Shown one piece after another: positions 1-11,858 of a stretch of 64,000 nt of DNA (its first letter is position 1; the number at the start of each line of letters is the position of its first letter). Below the pieces are notes generated by a model. It ran no database searches. It was not told where the DNA came from and was given only the letters and a program-made list of their open reading frames with translations. The DNA lies in the NCBI RefSeq assembly GCF_028641065.1, contig NC_073406.1, forward strand, positions 7,316,001 to 7,380,000, given 5' to 3'. The translations under genes were made by a program, and so were the position numbers. Source of the DNA: Leucoraja erinacea (taxonomy: Eukaryota).

Positions 1-76
1 GAACAGAGTGCCTTCAATAAAAATCATTGAATAAGTTCCAGTTCACCAATCTACACTACAAGTACAAACCCCCACA

Positions 77-400
77 GGAATGCATACCTTAAATAAGGCC
101 ATAAAACCATGAGACATAGGAACAGATTTAGGATATTCGACCCATTGAGTCTATTCTGCCATTCAAACGTGGCTGGTAATGTTTCCCCCTCAACCCCATT
201 CTCCTGCCTTCTCCCTGGAGCCTTTGATGCCATTACTAATCAAGAACCTATCAATCTCCACTTTAAAAAATACCCAATGTCTTGCCCTCCACAGCCATCT
301 GTGGCGATGAATTCCAGTTTCCCCACCCTCTTCTAAAGAAATTCCTCCTCATCTCCATTCTAAAAAGGAAGGTCCTTTTATTCTGAGACCGTGCCCTCTG
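77..400 (-). mobile_element. CR1-type LINE 3' end fragment
   Basis: Reverse complement resembles the CR1 3' ends at 5.8-6.0 kb and 40.9-41.25 kb (e.g. GAGAAGGCAGGAGAATGGGGTTGAG). Boundaries approximate. Confidence 0.65.
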
Positions 401-2170
401 AAATGTTTCTTATCCCACCAGAACTTGCATTTATTTGGCATCTTCTACAACTTCAAGAATACTATTTAATGGATCTTCATGTTTGCAAAATATTGACATT
501 AATGTAATGTGACAACCAGCTGCTCACATGAAGCTTGTACAATGAGAGAGTTAAACAGTTAGTGAAGCTGGTTGAGAAATTAGTGTTGGCTCAGGACATC
601 AGAGTTGGACATAATTGCCAGACATGACAAACTCTGGGCTTCACTTCTTATTCACAAACCCGATATCCATTATCACCTCCATAATACTAAAATGCTGATA
701 TTCAAGTTATTAATCATGAAGTTATTCCCATCCTTTAGTTTGAGACACCAATTGGGAACTATCACTCAGTCAGGGTCTGCCACACTTTCAATTAACGTGG
801 TGGAACTGGTCTCAGTGTAGTCATCTCGGTAACACTGGGGTAACTTCAGAAGCACCTCACAATCCAACAGAGCTCCCAATCCAACACCACACAAACCAAT
901 TAGCCCAGGGAGTATAGAAGGGGGAAGAATAGATTAAACTCTGCTGCCAAACAGCAATATCATTGTCTTCATTAGATGAAAAAGAATAGACAGACAAGAT
1001 TTAAATCCTCATCAACATTAACTCCCCCACATCTCACGCTAACATTTCTTGTTGTTTATATCCACTAATTCCACATTATTGAAATTAAAACATTTTTAGG
1101 CAGAATAAAGTAAGAAACAGTTTCCAATGACTGCACTGTGGCCAGAGAACTGCTGGCAACCACAAGATAATCTTTTTAATGCAAAAAGTGGTAAAGTCTG
1201 GAATGTCCAGTTGGTGGAAATAGCTTCAAAAGGGAACAAGATAAATATTCCAAAGAATAACAACTGCAGAAAAAAAATTGAACACAGGAAGAGGAGTACG
1301 TCATTCAGACTGCGGTGCCTGCTAGCATTTGGAACATGGCTGATCTTTATCTTAGCATTTTCTGCCTCAGCACTTTCTGCAACAACCTTGTATATGCTTT
1401 GGTTCCCTTAATATCTAAAACACTGGTCATCGCCTCAATACAAGGCTTTTGCAGTCTTTTGGGCAACTATCTTCACTATCATCTGGGCAACAAAAAAAAA
1501 ATACATCTGAATGGCCAACCCCTTACTACAAATCTGGTGCCCCAGAGAAAAAGTGACAAAGACTCAGCGAATGAGAGCTTCCTTCGAAGCTGAACATTGG
1601 ATCATTGTAACAGTGACCATTCTTCATTGGCTGCAAATCCTTTGGGACCCAAGTCGTGAAAGACCCAATTAAAGTGAAAATTCTTTCTCCTCACTAACGA
1701 AGAAATGATCCCCAAGGCAACCCTAGCCCCAACCTCCCGACCAATTCAATGGAAATAAACAGAGTTAATAAATAATTAGGTCATGCAAGGGAACTTGGTT
1801 CAAAAGTGTCAAGACAAGAGTGTTTACTTGTCATATGTACCGAAAATAGAACAATGAAATTCTTACAGCAGCAAAACAGGTCTGTAATTAGCATACTCAT
1901 AAACATAACAAACAAAAAAAATGTCAGAACATTTAATTGAATAATAAAGCTTAATATTAAAAAAGCCAATACCAAAAAAAGACCAAAGTCCTTAGTGCAA
2001 CCTAGCCAGTTCTGCACTCTGCACCTTCCTCTTTGCTCTACCTATTGTTCTCGAGTTTCACTTGATTGTATTTGTGTAGTATATCTGATCTATTTGGATA
2101 GCATGCAAAACAAAGCTTTTCACTGTACATTTGAACACAGGACAATAATAAACCTAAACTTCAAACTTAC

Positions 2171-2576
2171 TGTACAAAGTATATCAATCCATTCAGGGTC
2201 ACCGTCTTTGGCACGAATGACCATGGAGGTAACGAGCCACACATCACCATAGTCCACAAGTTAGCGTCAGGGTCGTAGCACTGAATGGCCATTGATTCCT
2301 TGCCAGCAAGGGTTCCGATGGTGTACAACTTGCCCCGACAGGCCGTGCTCGAGCAGTTGTCCATGGGGTACGGCATTGGCTGCAGGGCCTCCCAGCTATC
2401 CACGGAGTGGTCGTAGCGCTCCAAGCTGTTGGGGGCGAGGATGTAAATGTGTCCCTTGAGCACGACGGAACTGTGGTATTCATGAGCTTGCAGCATGGGC
2501 GAAACCTCCGTCCACTCATTCACGCTCGAATTGTACCGCCATACAGAGTCGTACAATGACGTCCCGTCAGAACCAC
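2171..2576 (-). CDS. KLHL21: Kelch-like protein 21, coding exon 2 (Kelch repeats)
   Basis: Acceptor ttattag|GT, donor CA|gtaagt, 406 bp. Encodes [24 protein letters not shown]...[18 protein letters not shown], recognisable as vertebrate KLHL21. No further exons were found in 1-2170, so they presumably lie outside the window. Confidence 0.95.
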
Positions 2577-3307
2577 CTAATAAACAAGAACAGACATGAT
2601 GAGGATCCAGCAATCGCCGTCCTGCAACCATGCACCAGCTGTGGCTCAAAGATAGCGCTCAGTGCGGGGGGGGGGGGGGGGGGGGGGGGATCCAGAGAGG
2701 CTCAAAACTGATATAACACTATAGTGCTGAGAGAGTGCCACTGTCAGAGAATCTATAGTTATTCGGATGAGATGTTAAAGCAAAGGCCAATGATTTCTTG
2801 GGTAGAAGATCCCTTTGTGGAAATAAAGCAGTCCTTCCCAATGTCCTGACAATCACCCAACATCACCAAGCTCAATTTATTTTTAATAATACGTTGTTCT
2901 ACATGGGAGCTGGGTGAAAAACTGGGTACGGAAACTCCTTCATTACAACAGTGACTGCACTTGGAAGAAATATCTCACGTTGAACAAATCATTTCTGGAT
3001 AGCCTAAAGAAATTATCCCCCCCCACCGCCTTTCTGTGTGGGTCTGGACACCACTCACAACCAAACTTGCCATCATTGTATCAAGGGTGGCTTTATACAT
3101 ACATCTAAAACTTATCTGACTGTTCTATCATCCTGGATCTATCCCTTTCAAATATTTATCCGATTGGCACAGAAAGGATAAATGCTCCAACGATCTTGCA
3201 AGTTTAGGAAGTTTCCCCTCAATGGCTAATTCAAAACCCCTCGCCACCAACTAGGGGAATAGGTCATCAGAATTTTAAAAAGTATTGTCAAATGTTTGGC
3301 AGCAACA

Positions 3308-3600
3308 AGGAACTGCAGAAGCTGGAATCATCAGCAGAACAAAAAAAGTGCTGGAGAACTCAGCTGGTCAGGCTGCATCTATGGAGGGAATGGATAGGTG
3401 ATGTTTCATGTCGGGACTCTTCTTCAGGTTGGAGAAGGGTCCCCATTCGAAACGTTGTGAAGAGTCAAGCCAAGATCAACAGTGTTTACTCGGCATGTGT
3501 ACCGACAATGGAACAACAAAAATTCAATGACGTTCATCTGTTCGTCCACTCCATAGATGCTGTCAGCCGAGTTCCTTCAGCATCTTTGGGTTTTGCTCAA
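3308..3600. mobile_element. Penelope-derived terminal-repeat fragments (inverted pair), decayed
   Basis: GAACTGCAGAAGCTGG...GTGCTGGAGAACTCAGC...GCATCTATGGAG on one arm, reverse-complement-like sequence on the other, and degenerate CTGAAGA..GAAAC motifs in the middle. Confidence 0.6.
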
Positions 3601-4694
3601 TGTTTTAATTCATTCACTTATATTATCCATTAGTTGAACATGATAAATAAACCAGGTTAGAGACTCTGGTACGTTGTACTGGCGTCACAAGAAAAAGAGC
3701 ACAGCTTAGACGTATCTGGGAACATAATTCACCCCGTGCCTTTTTGCTGGCTGCTAATTATAAATAAATTGTATTCCCCATAGTAAAGATAGTCTGACCA
3801 GATCGGCATGATCTGTATGTGGAGTGACCACTGATGCAACAAGGACAGAAATAGCAGGGCCACAATTTCCAGCAAAGTTGAGCTGCGTCTCAGAACTCCT
3901 CTGCCTCTGTAACGTTCAACACTTAAATATGTATATTGACCGTTGTCCAACCATCATGGACAGCTCTGGAACTTTTTTCAATCCCAAAGTTTGTTCAGTT
4001 GTGTGGGTGAACAGACCATCAAGAAACCTTTAAAACTGACAAACTACAGCCCATCTCAGAAGTAGTCTCCCAGGTTTTTAGTTTGGTTTTGAGCATATCA
4101 AATATATTTATGGGGCTGTGAATTTAGAAAAATAGCCAAGGAAGAGCAGTTCAACTGCCCAGGTGACAGATAATTAAATGCCATACAGAGCACTGGGCCC
4201 AGAGCCTTAATCTTACCTCCACCTTCCTACTCTTCAACAGTTTTCCCATTTGAAGTAGGAAGTTACTATTAAATCTGCTTCCACACCATCCCCTTCCCCT
4301 GTCCTTCAAACCCTCCCCAACCACCAATTTGAAGACAACACATTCTCCAGCAGACTATCTCTCGTGTTACAATCAAACCCTCAGCTCAGTCTCTAATATT
4401 TTTGTCAATTTCCTTCTGTCTGTGTCCTTTGGTTTTCTCCCAACCAGCAGATAATTTCTCCCTAGTTACTCAACCAACATCCTTCATAAATTTTAAACAC
4501 CTTGAGTAAATCTCCCCTTAACTATTTCTACTGATTGAACTTTCCTCTATTTTCTTCACAAAATTGAACAGAGATTTGGCTTCCATGAGAATTATATTCA
4601 GGCCATTCAGTAGTGAAATGAAGGAAGGTTTTTACGGGATGAGAGCGTTAGCTCATAGAAGATACAGCACAGGCATAAGATTGTTTAAGATAGA

Positions 4695-4950
4695 TCTTTA
4701 GCAAAACACGGAGTGCTGATGAAACTCGGGTGCAAGTCAGGCAACTTCTGTGGAGGAGATGGGCAGGTGCCTTTTTGGGATGGGATCCTTCTTCAGAATC
4801 AGATACATCATCTGTCCAAGAGTTTGAAGGGTCCCGACCCATAATGTGGTCTGCCCAGTCCCTCTACAGATGCTGCCTGACTCGCTGAGTTCCTCAAGTA
4901 CTTTGTGTTCTGCTCAAGATTCCACCGTCAGTAATTTCCTGTATCTCCAA
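4695..4950. mobile_element. Penelope-derived terminal-repeat fragments (inverted pair), decayed
   Basis: Same motif family as 10641-10771 and 59187-59369, present in both orientations. Confidence 0.55.
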
Positions 4951-5443
4951 GGTAGACCTTTGTTGGTTAGGGACGTCAAGGGCTGCGGGTTAAAATCTGA
5001 GATGCGGTGCTAATCAGTTACAAAGGGTAGCCATATATGCAGTGCTAACCTGCAGCCCGAAGCTCGGCCTGTTAATGGAGAGGTTTAGGTATTGACTGTG
5101 CATGCTAGGTCCAAGAGGCTGAAACAAGTCTCTTCTCAAGGCAGACCCATTAGCAAGCTGAAACAAGTCTCTGGATTAAACACTTGCTTTAGTACACTTA
5201 TGGGTCTAGTACACGATGGAATTTTATGCAGATTCTGTCAAATTAGCGATGTTTGCTGCACTTTCCCAATGATCTCTGGGGGCTGGGTGGAGAAATTCTA
5301 ACCCATTATTACCTGATGGGATCTGGTAAACACAATGGTCCTTCAAGCCCACACTGCAGACACCCTGAATAGACAAAGTGCTAAAGTACTTCAATAGCCT
5401 GGAGGATCCTGCAGTGATGGACTGCACTGTTGGTATGTATCCA

Positions 5444-6040
5444 AATTGATGCAATGCTGAGGCTTTATAAGGCGCTGGTCAGGCCACATTTGAGGTATTG
5501 TGAGCAATTCTGGGCACCACATCCGAGGAAGGATGTGCTGGCCCAGGAGAGGGTCCAGAGGAGGTTTACAAGAATGACCCCAGGAATGAATGGGTTAACT
5601 TATGATGAGCGTTTGATGGCACTGGGCCTGTATTTGCTGGAGTTTAGAAGAATGAGGGGGGGACCTCATTGAAACGTACCGAAAAGTGCAAGGCTTGGAT
5701 AGAATGGATGTGGAGAGGATGTTTCCACTAGTGGGAGAGTCCAGGATTAAACTCATAGCCTCAGAATTAAATGATGTTCCTTAGGAAGATTAGTAGGGAT
5801 TTCTTTAGTCAGAGGGTGGTGAATCTGTGGAATTCTTTGCCACAGAAAGCTGTGGAGGCCGTCAATGAACATTTTTAAAGCAGCGATAAATAGATTCTTG
5901 ATTCATATGGATGTCAGGGGTTATGGGTAGAAGGCAAGAGAATGGGGTTAGGAGGGAGAGATAGATCAGCCATGATTGAATGGCGGAATAGATTTGATGG
6001 GCCGATTAGCCTAATTCTGCTCCTACCACTTATGACCTTA
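5444..6040 (+). mobile_element. CR1-type LINE, 5'-truncated (ORF2 C-terminus and 3' UTR)
   Basis: ORF LRLYKALVRPHLRYCEQFWAPH...ERVQRRFTRM is the typical CR1 ORF2 tail. Ends in a TTATGACC-like tail. Confidence 0.9.
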
Positions 6041-6109
6041 AGGGCTTGCCATCTTTGCTATGATCAACGAGTCTGAGGAGTACCCACCAGACTGACCCTC
6101 TTCCACTTT

Positions 6110-6680
6110 GACAGATGCACCATAGAAAGCATACAGTCAGGTAGCATCAAAGCTTGGTTTGGAAACAACTCTGCCCAAGGCCACAAGAAGTTGTGGATGT
6201 AGCCCAGTCTATCACAAAGGCCAGACTTCCCACTATTGGGTCCATCTACACTTCACACTGTCTCAGGGAAGAAGCCAACATAATCGTTGACCTTTCCCAC
6301 CAGTTATTCTTCTTCGTCCTGCTCCCGTTAAGCAGAAGAAACAGAAGCTTGAAAGCAAGCACCACCATGATTCAGGAACAGTTTCTTCCCCTTTGTTATC
6401 AGCCTTCCAAACAGTCCTTCTGTAGAGGTGAACCGAATTTACTGTCCGATTCACCTCTACCCCATTGTGGACATTGGATTTTGTCTATGGAATTGGTGTG
6501 CTATAATATTGAAAGCTATATTCTGTGCTCTGTATATTTCCTTACACTCCACCTATTATACTTAAGATTGATTTGATTGCATTTTGAATAGTATTATCTG
6601 ATCAGATTGGATAGCATGCAAAAGTACATTTAGCATTACTGTACCTCGTTACATATCATGACAATAATAAACCTAAACTC
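6110..6680 (+). mobile_element. L2/Rex-Babar-like LINE 3' fragment
   Basis: ORF VVDVAQSITKARLPTIGSIYTSHCLREEANII...LLPLSRRNRSLK. The tail ACAATAATAAACCTAAAC is shared with 2020-2165. Confidence 0.65.
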
Positions 6681-6917
6681 AAGCTTGTGTACTCAAGGGA
6701 CTGCAGATGCTGGTTTACAAATAAAGATATAAAGTGTTGGTGGGAGTAACTCAGCCGGTCAGGCAGCATCTCTGGAGAATATGGATAGGCGATGTGTCAG
6801 GTCAGGGCCCTTCTGCAGTATGAAGAGCGTTGCCTAACCATGTCCTCCAAAGATGCTGCCTGATGCGCCGAGTTACTCCAGCACTGAGTTTATCCCCAAT
6901 CCCGTCTCGACACTTGC

Positions 6918-7944
6918 CGGTTACGTAGATGTCATTGCCAAAGGCGGTGATGCTGTAGCCGCCGGCCAGGTTGTCGGGGAACTCGGCGAGGTATCTCCAC
7001 TGGCCGGTCTGTGGGTTGAAACAGTCGACGGTCACCAGCTCTTCGCAGTCCTTGTCGCAGCCGCCCACCACCACCAGGATCTCGGCCAGGCCGGTGGAGG
7101 GCCGAGACCTCATCCTCTCGCAAGGGTAGTCGTGCCGGTCATAAGCGGACGACTGGAAGGCCCGGGCCTGGTGGATGAGCTTGAGGCAGAAGGGCGAGTA
7201 GTAGACCAGCGGGTCGCTCTCCACGTAGGCCAGCAGGTAGAAGCGGCGGATGAATGGCAGGCGCACATGCTCGAACAGCTCGGGCCAGAAGCGCAGCCGG
7301 CGCTTGGGGTCGGCTTTGACCCAGCGTAGAGCCAGCTGGTAGGCGGCCTCCTCCTTGTCCACATGCAGCCTGTCGTCAGACAGGTACTCGAGCAGCCGGC
7401 GCTGAGGCAAGGCCTCAAACTCCTTCTCCTCCGACAGCTCGATGATGTGGCGCAGGATGAAGCCTTTGGCGCTCTCGGCCAGACTCCTGCAGGCGTAGGC
7501 CTCGGCAAACTCCTGGATCTCCAGGCAGTTATTCACGTCCAGCTGGTGCTCCAGGTAAGCGCAGCACGCCTCCTTCACCGAGTGGAACTGGAAGAGGTCG
7601 GCGGCGCGGGCCAGGGGCTCCACGTTGCCCTGGGTGACGGTCACCTTGCCGGTGTAGGAGAAGTCGAGCAGCAGGCCCAGGATGTCGGCCTTCACCCCGT
7701 GCAGCTCCACCCGCTCGGCGTAGCTCTCCTTCAGCCAGCCGGCAAACATGGCCTTGAAGTAGTGGCTGGCGGCGGCCAGCACGGTGCGGTGGCAGGGGAA
7801 CTCCTGCCCGTCCACCCACAGCGTCATGTCGAAGAACTTGCGCTCCACTCGCAGGTCGTTGATGCCTTGCAGGATGTTGAGGGCGTGACTGGGGTCAAAG
7901 AACGGCAGCACCGAGGTCTGGGTCAGCATGCTCGGCCTTTCCAT
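6918..7944 (-). CDS. KLHL21: Kelch-like protein 21, coding exon 1 (BTB, BACK, first Kelch repeat)
   Basis: [27 protein letters not shown]...[16 protein letters not shown]...[17 protein letters not shown]...GNDIYVT. GC-rich, 1027 bp. Joins exon 2 in frame (YVTG-GSDG) only through a GC donor at 6917. Confidence 0.95.
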
Positions 7945-8331
7945 ACTGAGTGCTGGGGATCAAATCATCTGCAAGACCAGAGGGGGAGAGAGAGGTTATT
8001 ACAGAGCTAGCAAGAACTCAGCAGCTTTATAACTGACCCACTCATGTGGGCGTTGTATTTACCAGCAACTGCGTCAGCTGCAACTTGTAAATCACGCTGA
8101 CACTACGAGCATTCAATGGATTAAAACTTGGCGAACTGAAACCCGTTAACAACCCAATACTTCTAGGTCCGTACATAACACAGCCGCGGAACAGGATCGT
8201 GCCCTTCCAGACACCGTGTCTTCTTCCAGAGCAGCAGTAAGCTTGTGTGGAGCAGGGGCACTGGGCCCCCAGCTCTGAGTTCAATACGTTCTACCTTGAG
8301 TTGTGGGTTTCAGCTGCACTCCAGTCATGAG

Positions 8332-8364
8332 CAAAGATCCTATAGCAGAGCTATAGGATCTTTG
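8332..8364. mobile_element. 33-bp hAT-type micro-MITE
   Basis: CAAAGATCCTATAGC-AGA-GCTATAGGATCTTTG has perfect 15-bp arms and is flanked by a perfect 8-bp duplication GTCATGAG (8324-8331, 8365-8372). Confidence 0.8.
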
Positions 8365-9099
8365 GTCATGAGCAGAAAGATCCGAGCTAACAACCCAGCC
8401 CACAATGAGGGAGCGATCCAATGTCAGATAACAGGTTATATCCACGCCTCCCGCGTAGATGTAAAGATTCCCACTGTACTTCAAAAAAACAACATAACTC
8501 TCACTGGTATTCTGACCAAATTTCATCCTGCAACCAACTTTTTCAAAAACAGAATATCTAGTCTTTAATTTCTTTTAGATCTTTGGGTGAGCAAATTTGC
8601 TGCCGCATTGCCCAAATCATAGCAGTGACAACATTTCAAAAGTACTTCATTGACTGTGAAGTACTTCAGGACATTCCACAATAGTTTATCACTTGCTTGT
8701 TGGAGACTAATAACCCCGTGGCGAACACAGCTGTATTAGTCACAGTCGTTGCCATAGTACTCGCCTCCCTTGCTCTTTTTGGAAGTTCTTGCCCAACACA
8801 TTAAATAGATTTAAATTATTTGATTTGTGTACCACCAGATTCTTCATCCTCCCCCCGAACAGTCCTTCCATAAACTACGGTACCGTTCGATTCATCTCTA
8901 CCCCATTGAGGACATTGGACATTGTGTAAGGAACTGATGAGCAACAATGCTGAAAACTAATTTCTGCATTCTGTATCTTTCCCTTTGCTCAAGCTTCCCC
9001 AATTGCCAATCCTCATTTACTTTGTCAGGACCCTTCAGACCATTTCTAGTAACAGCAGCATTGACTTTAGCAATTACAATAACACCAATCTTAATTGTG

Positions 9100-9580
9100 T
9101 CTCATCATCGTTAAAATTAGACAATTCCAGTATCAGAGGAGAGTTGTAGGCTACAGGATGATATTGATCAGTTGATAAAATGGACAGGTTGAAAGTTGAA
9201 AGTAGTTGAAAGTTGATCCTAATAAGTGCATGGTGCTGCACTTTAGAAGGACTAATAAGGTTAAACCCATACACAATGAAAGGTAGGGTCAAGTCAAAAG
9301 ATCCCTAAATGTGGCTGCACCGTAGATAAGGTCTGCAGGCAGCATATTTGGAAACTTGCCCTGTCTTCCTCAAAGGGCCATGGAGGCAGAGTCTTTGAAT
9401 AGTTTTACGATGAAGGTACATAAATTATTGATAGGAAAGATTATGAAAGATCACCACAATGATGTCAGGGCTTATGGGGAGAAGGCAGGAGAATAGGGTT
9501 AGGAGGCAGAGATAGATCAACCATGATTGAATGGCGGAGCAGAATTGATGGGCCGAATTGCTTAATTCTGCTCCGATCAC
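9100..9580 (+). mobile_element. Decayed CR1 LINE fragments
   Basis: CR1-like ORF2 remnants plus the 3' UTR GAGAAGGCAGGAGAATAGGGTTAGGAGG...GAATGGCGGAG. Boundaries approximate. Confidence 0.65.
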
Positions 9581-9589
9581 TGATGACTT

Positions 9590-9801
9590 CATGAATGGAA
9601 ATTGGGAATGCAGCGTTTCAGTCCTGCTTGCGACTGTGGACATCCAGACCAGACCATCCCACATATCGTGAATGACTGCTCACTGAGGCTTTTCCCTGAG
9701 GGGCATCAAAGCCATCCACCCAGTAACTGATGCTGTCCTGATGCTGTCCGGTAACTGATGTTGATTTACAACTTTAGGCTGTGCACGCCATACGCAAGAA
9801 G
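9590..9801 (+). mobile_element. 3' end of an I-group (Ingi/Vingi-like) non-LTR retrotransposon
   Basis: Reads PACDCGHPDQTIPHIVNDCSLRLFP (a C-x-C-x8-H-x4-C knuckle, first Cys at 9629), followed by the 3' end TACAACTTTAGGCTGTGCACGCCATACGCAAGAAG. Clade assignment is an inference. Confidence 0.55.
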
Positions 9802-10640
9802 TCACAATCAGATCAGCCATTAATTTATTAAATGACAGAGCACACTCGATGGGCCGAGTGGCTTACTCCAATTTCCAGTTTGTTTTATCCTGGGGTACAC
9901 TTCAAAACCACAGTCCTCTAATCATGAACATGGTGCAAACCTAACTTATGAAAAAGGTAAAATATTGACAGTTGGCCTCCAAAGTAACACATTTTATCCT
10001 TTTAATAGAAACCTGCCAACATTTGCTGGTGACTTGTTCTACCAAATTTTCCATCTGAGCTGGGCTGCATTGTAACCAAGTCTAGACCCTATAGTTCCCC
10101 ACTCAGGAGATGAAATGTTGATTGGTATGAAACCAGAGAAACTGGCAATCCAAAAATAGATTGGTTGTGCAATAAGAATGACCTTGTGATATGTTACGGT
10201 ACAAGGCCAAATTCCTTGTTCGGCAAGAAACATTTACTGTACTAGCATGGACTAAAGCTCCACAGCATTGTCACTCTAAGTACCTCATATTATACTCTCC
10301 AAGCTTCCAAGTGTCAAATAGCTGGCCCAGGTCTGGAAAACAGTAGCCAAAGGGAGAGGTACCGTTGGCGCAACCTAGAGCCACAGAACGCACATTGAAA
10401 ACAACATCAGCTGGGACTATTGCAACAGATCACTATGCAGCGACCTTGTTGCAAGCAGTCACGGTGACATGGACAAGAATGGTATTGAACTCCTAAGCCA
10501 TCCAGTCAAATAATCAATGCCTGTAAATGATGACGAGTCACTTATGAACAAGCTAACTGTTAGCTAGGCTTATGAATCAGCAAGCCAGTAAAGTCTTGAC
10601 ATCTCCAGGGTGAGGATAAAATGACAAAGTATGTATTCCG

Positions 10641-10771
10641 TTTAAGACGGAACTGCAGATGCTGGAAAATCGAAGGTAGACAAAAATGCTGGAGAAACTC
10701 AGCGGGTGAGACAGCATCTATGGAGCAAAGGAAATAGGCAATGTTTCGGGTTGAGACCCTTCTTCAGACTC
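10641..10771 (-). mobile_element. Penelope-derived short insert with hammerhead-like core (10740-10767)
   Basis: Minus strand reads CTGAAGA-A-GGGT-CTCA-ACCC-GAAACATT. Near-perfect 9-bp TSD TGTATTC(C/T)G. Confidence 0.7.
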
Positions 10772-11637
10772 TGTATTCTGAATCATTCACTAAAGTTTAC
10801 TTAGAATAGAATAGAATAGAATAGAATCTTTATTTGCCACGCAACCAGGGTTGGTGGTATTTGGGTTCGGTACATGATGGTACACTGCTTTAGTTACATA
10901 CCACTAATAACACAGATCACCGTAATAAAGTGCATCCATACCACATCACAAATCACAAATCTCACCAACAATACATAGTGCAAAAGAACAAACAAAGACC
11001 ATAGACAAGACACTGTATACATCAAAAGTCATATTATTGTCTGATTATTGGACTTCCCCTATGAAATGTTTCTAAATTCATTTCGTTAGCAACAAGCTCA
11101 GTAAAATTATTTCTCTCTCACACATACACACATGGGCAAGTCTCCAGGCACACTACTCACATGTCAGCCATGAGTAACTCTAGTTGGCACCAGGAATGTG
11201 AGCTAATAAAAGTACCGAGGTTGTTTTTTAAACATTTATGCTCACGGTTTTAAACAAGTCCAACAACTCATCATGGACCCCACTCACAGGACAACAGCTT
11301 TTAATAATAAAGTGCTTTATGTACAGAAAATAGACTAAATTAACAGAGCCACAAAGTAGATAAGGGGCACTAACGAAGCAATCGGACACTTTCCTTGTAT
11401 ATTTACATACTTGCCGAATAACTTAATTACAATTACAATTAACTCTTAAGACCATCCCCTCTACCTACAGTGTCTGGATGAGTATTGCCAGCATTTTCTA
11501 TTTTTTATTAAAGGACGTTAAGACAGATCAGTTAGTCAAAGAGGTACGTTTTTAGCATCTTAAAAGGGAATGAGAGAGGCAGTGAGTTTTAGGGAGGAAA
11601 TCACACCGCTTAATGTCTTGAGAATTGAAGAAGACGT

Positions 11638-11858
11638 TGTGGTGCCACCTGGTGGTTAGGCCACTTACTGAACGAACCCTTGGCACTAGAACTGGCAGGG
11701 TCACGTTACTTTGGCGTGAAGAAGTCGTCACGTGGTTAAGGGGTGTGCCCTGGTATAGAGCCTCCCCAGTTCTGTATGTATCTGTATTACTTAATAAACA
11801 TCACTTTTGATTCACAACGCGTGGCTCACTATAATGTGGTCAACAAGAATACACTACA
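11638..11858 (+). mobile_element. Candidate solo LTR
   Basis: Starts TGTGGTG and ends CACTACA (6/7 inverted match), with a TATA-like motif and an internal AATAAA. No TSD seen. Confidence 0.4.

Noticed and set aside
1-2170. KLHL21 exon 3 (expected DDSAEVDVYNP-like peptide)
   Set aside because: No matching exon found by eye; assumed to lie outside the window.
6802-6917. C-terminal part of the 380-aa ORF ([17 protein letters not shown]...)
   Set aside because: Intron read-through into a Penelope-derived repeat; not KLHL21-like.
6853-8010. Long ORFs antisense to, or in other frames of, KLHL21 exon 1 (158, 215, 132 and 96 aa)
   Set aside because: Expected shadows of a GC3-rich coding exon; no recognisable protein.
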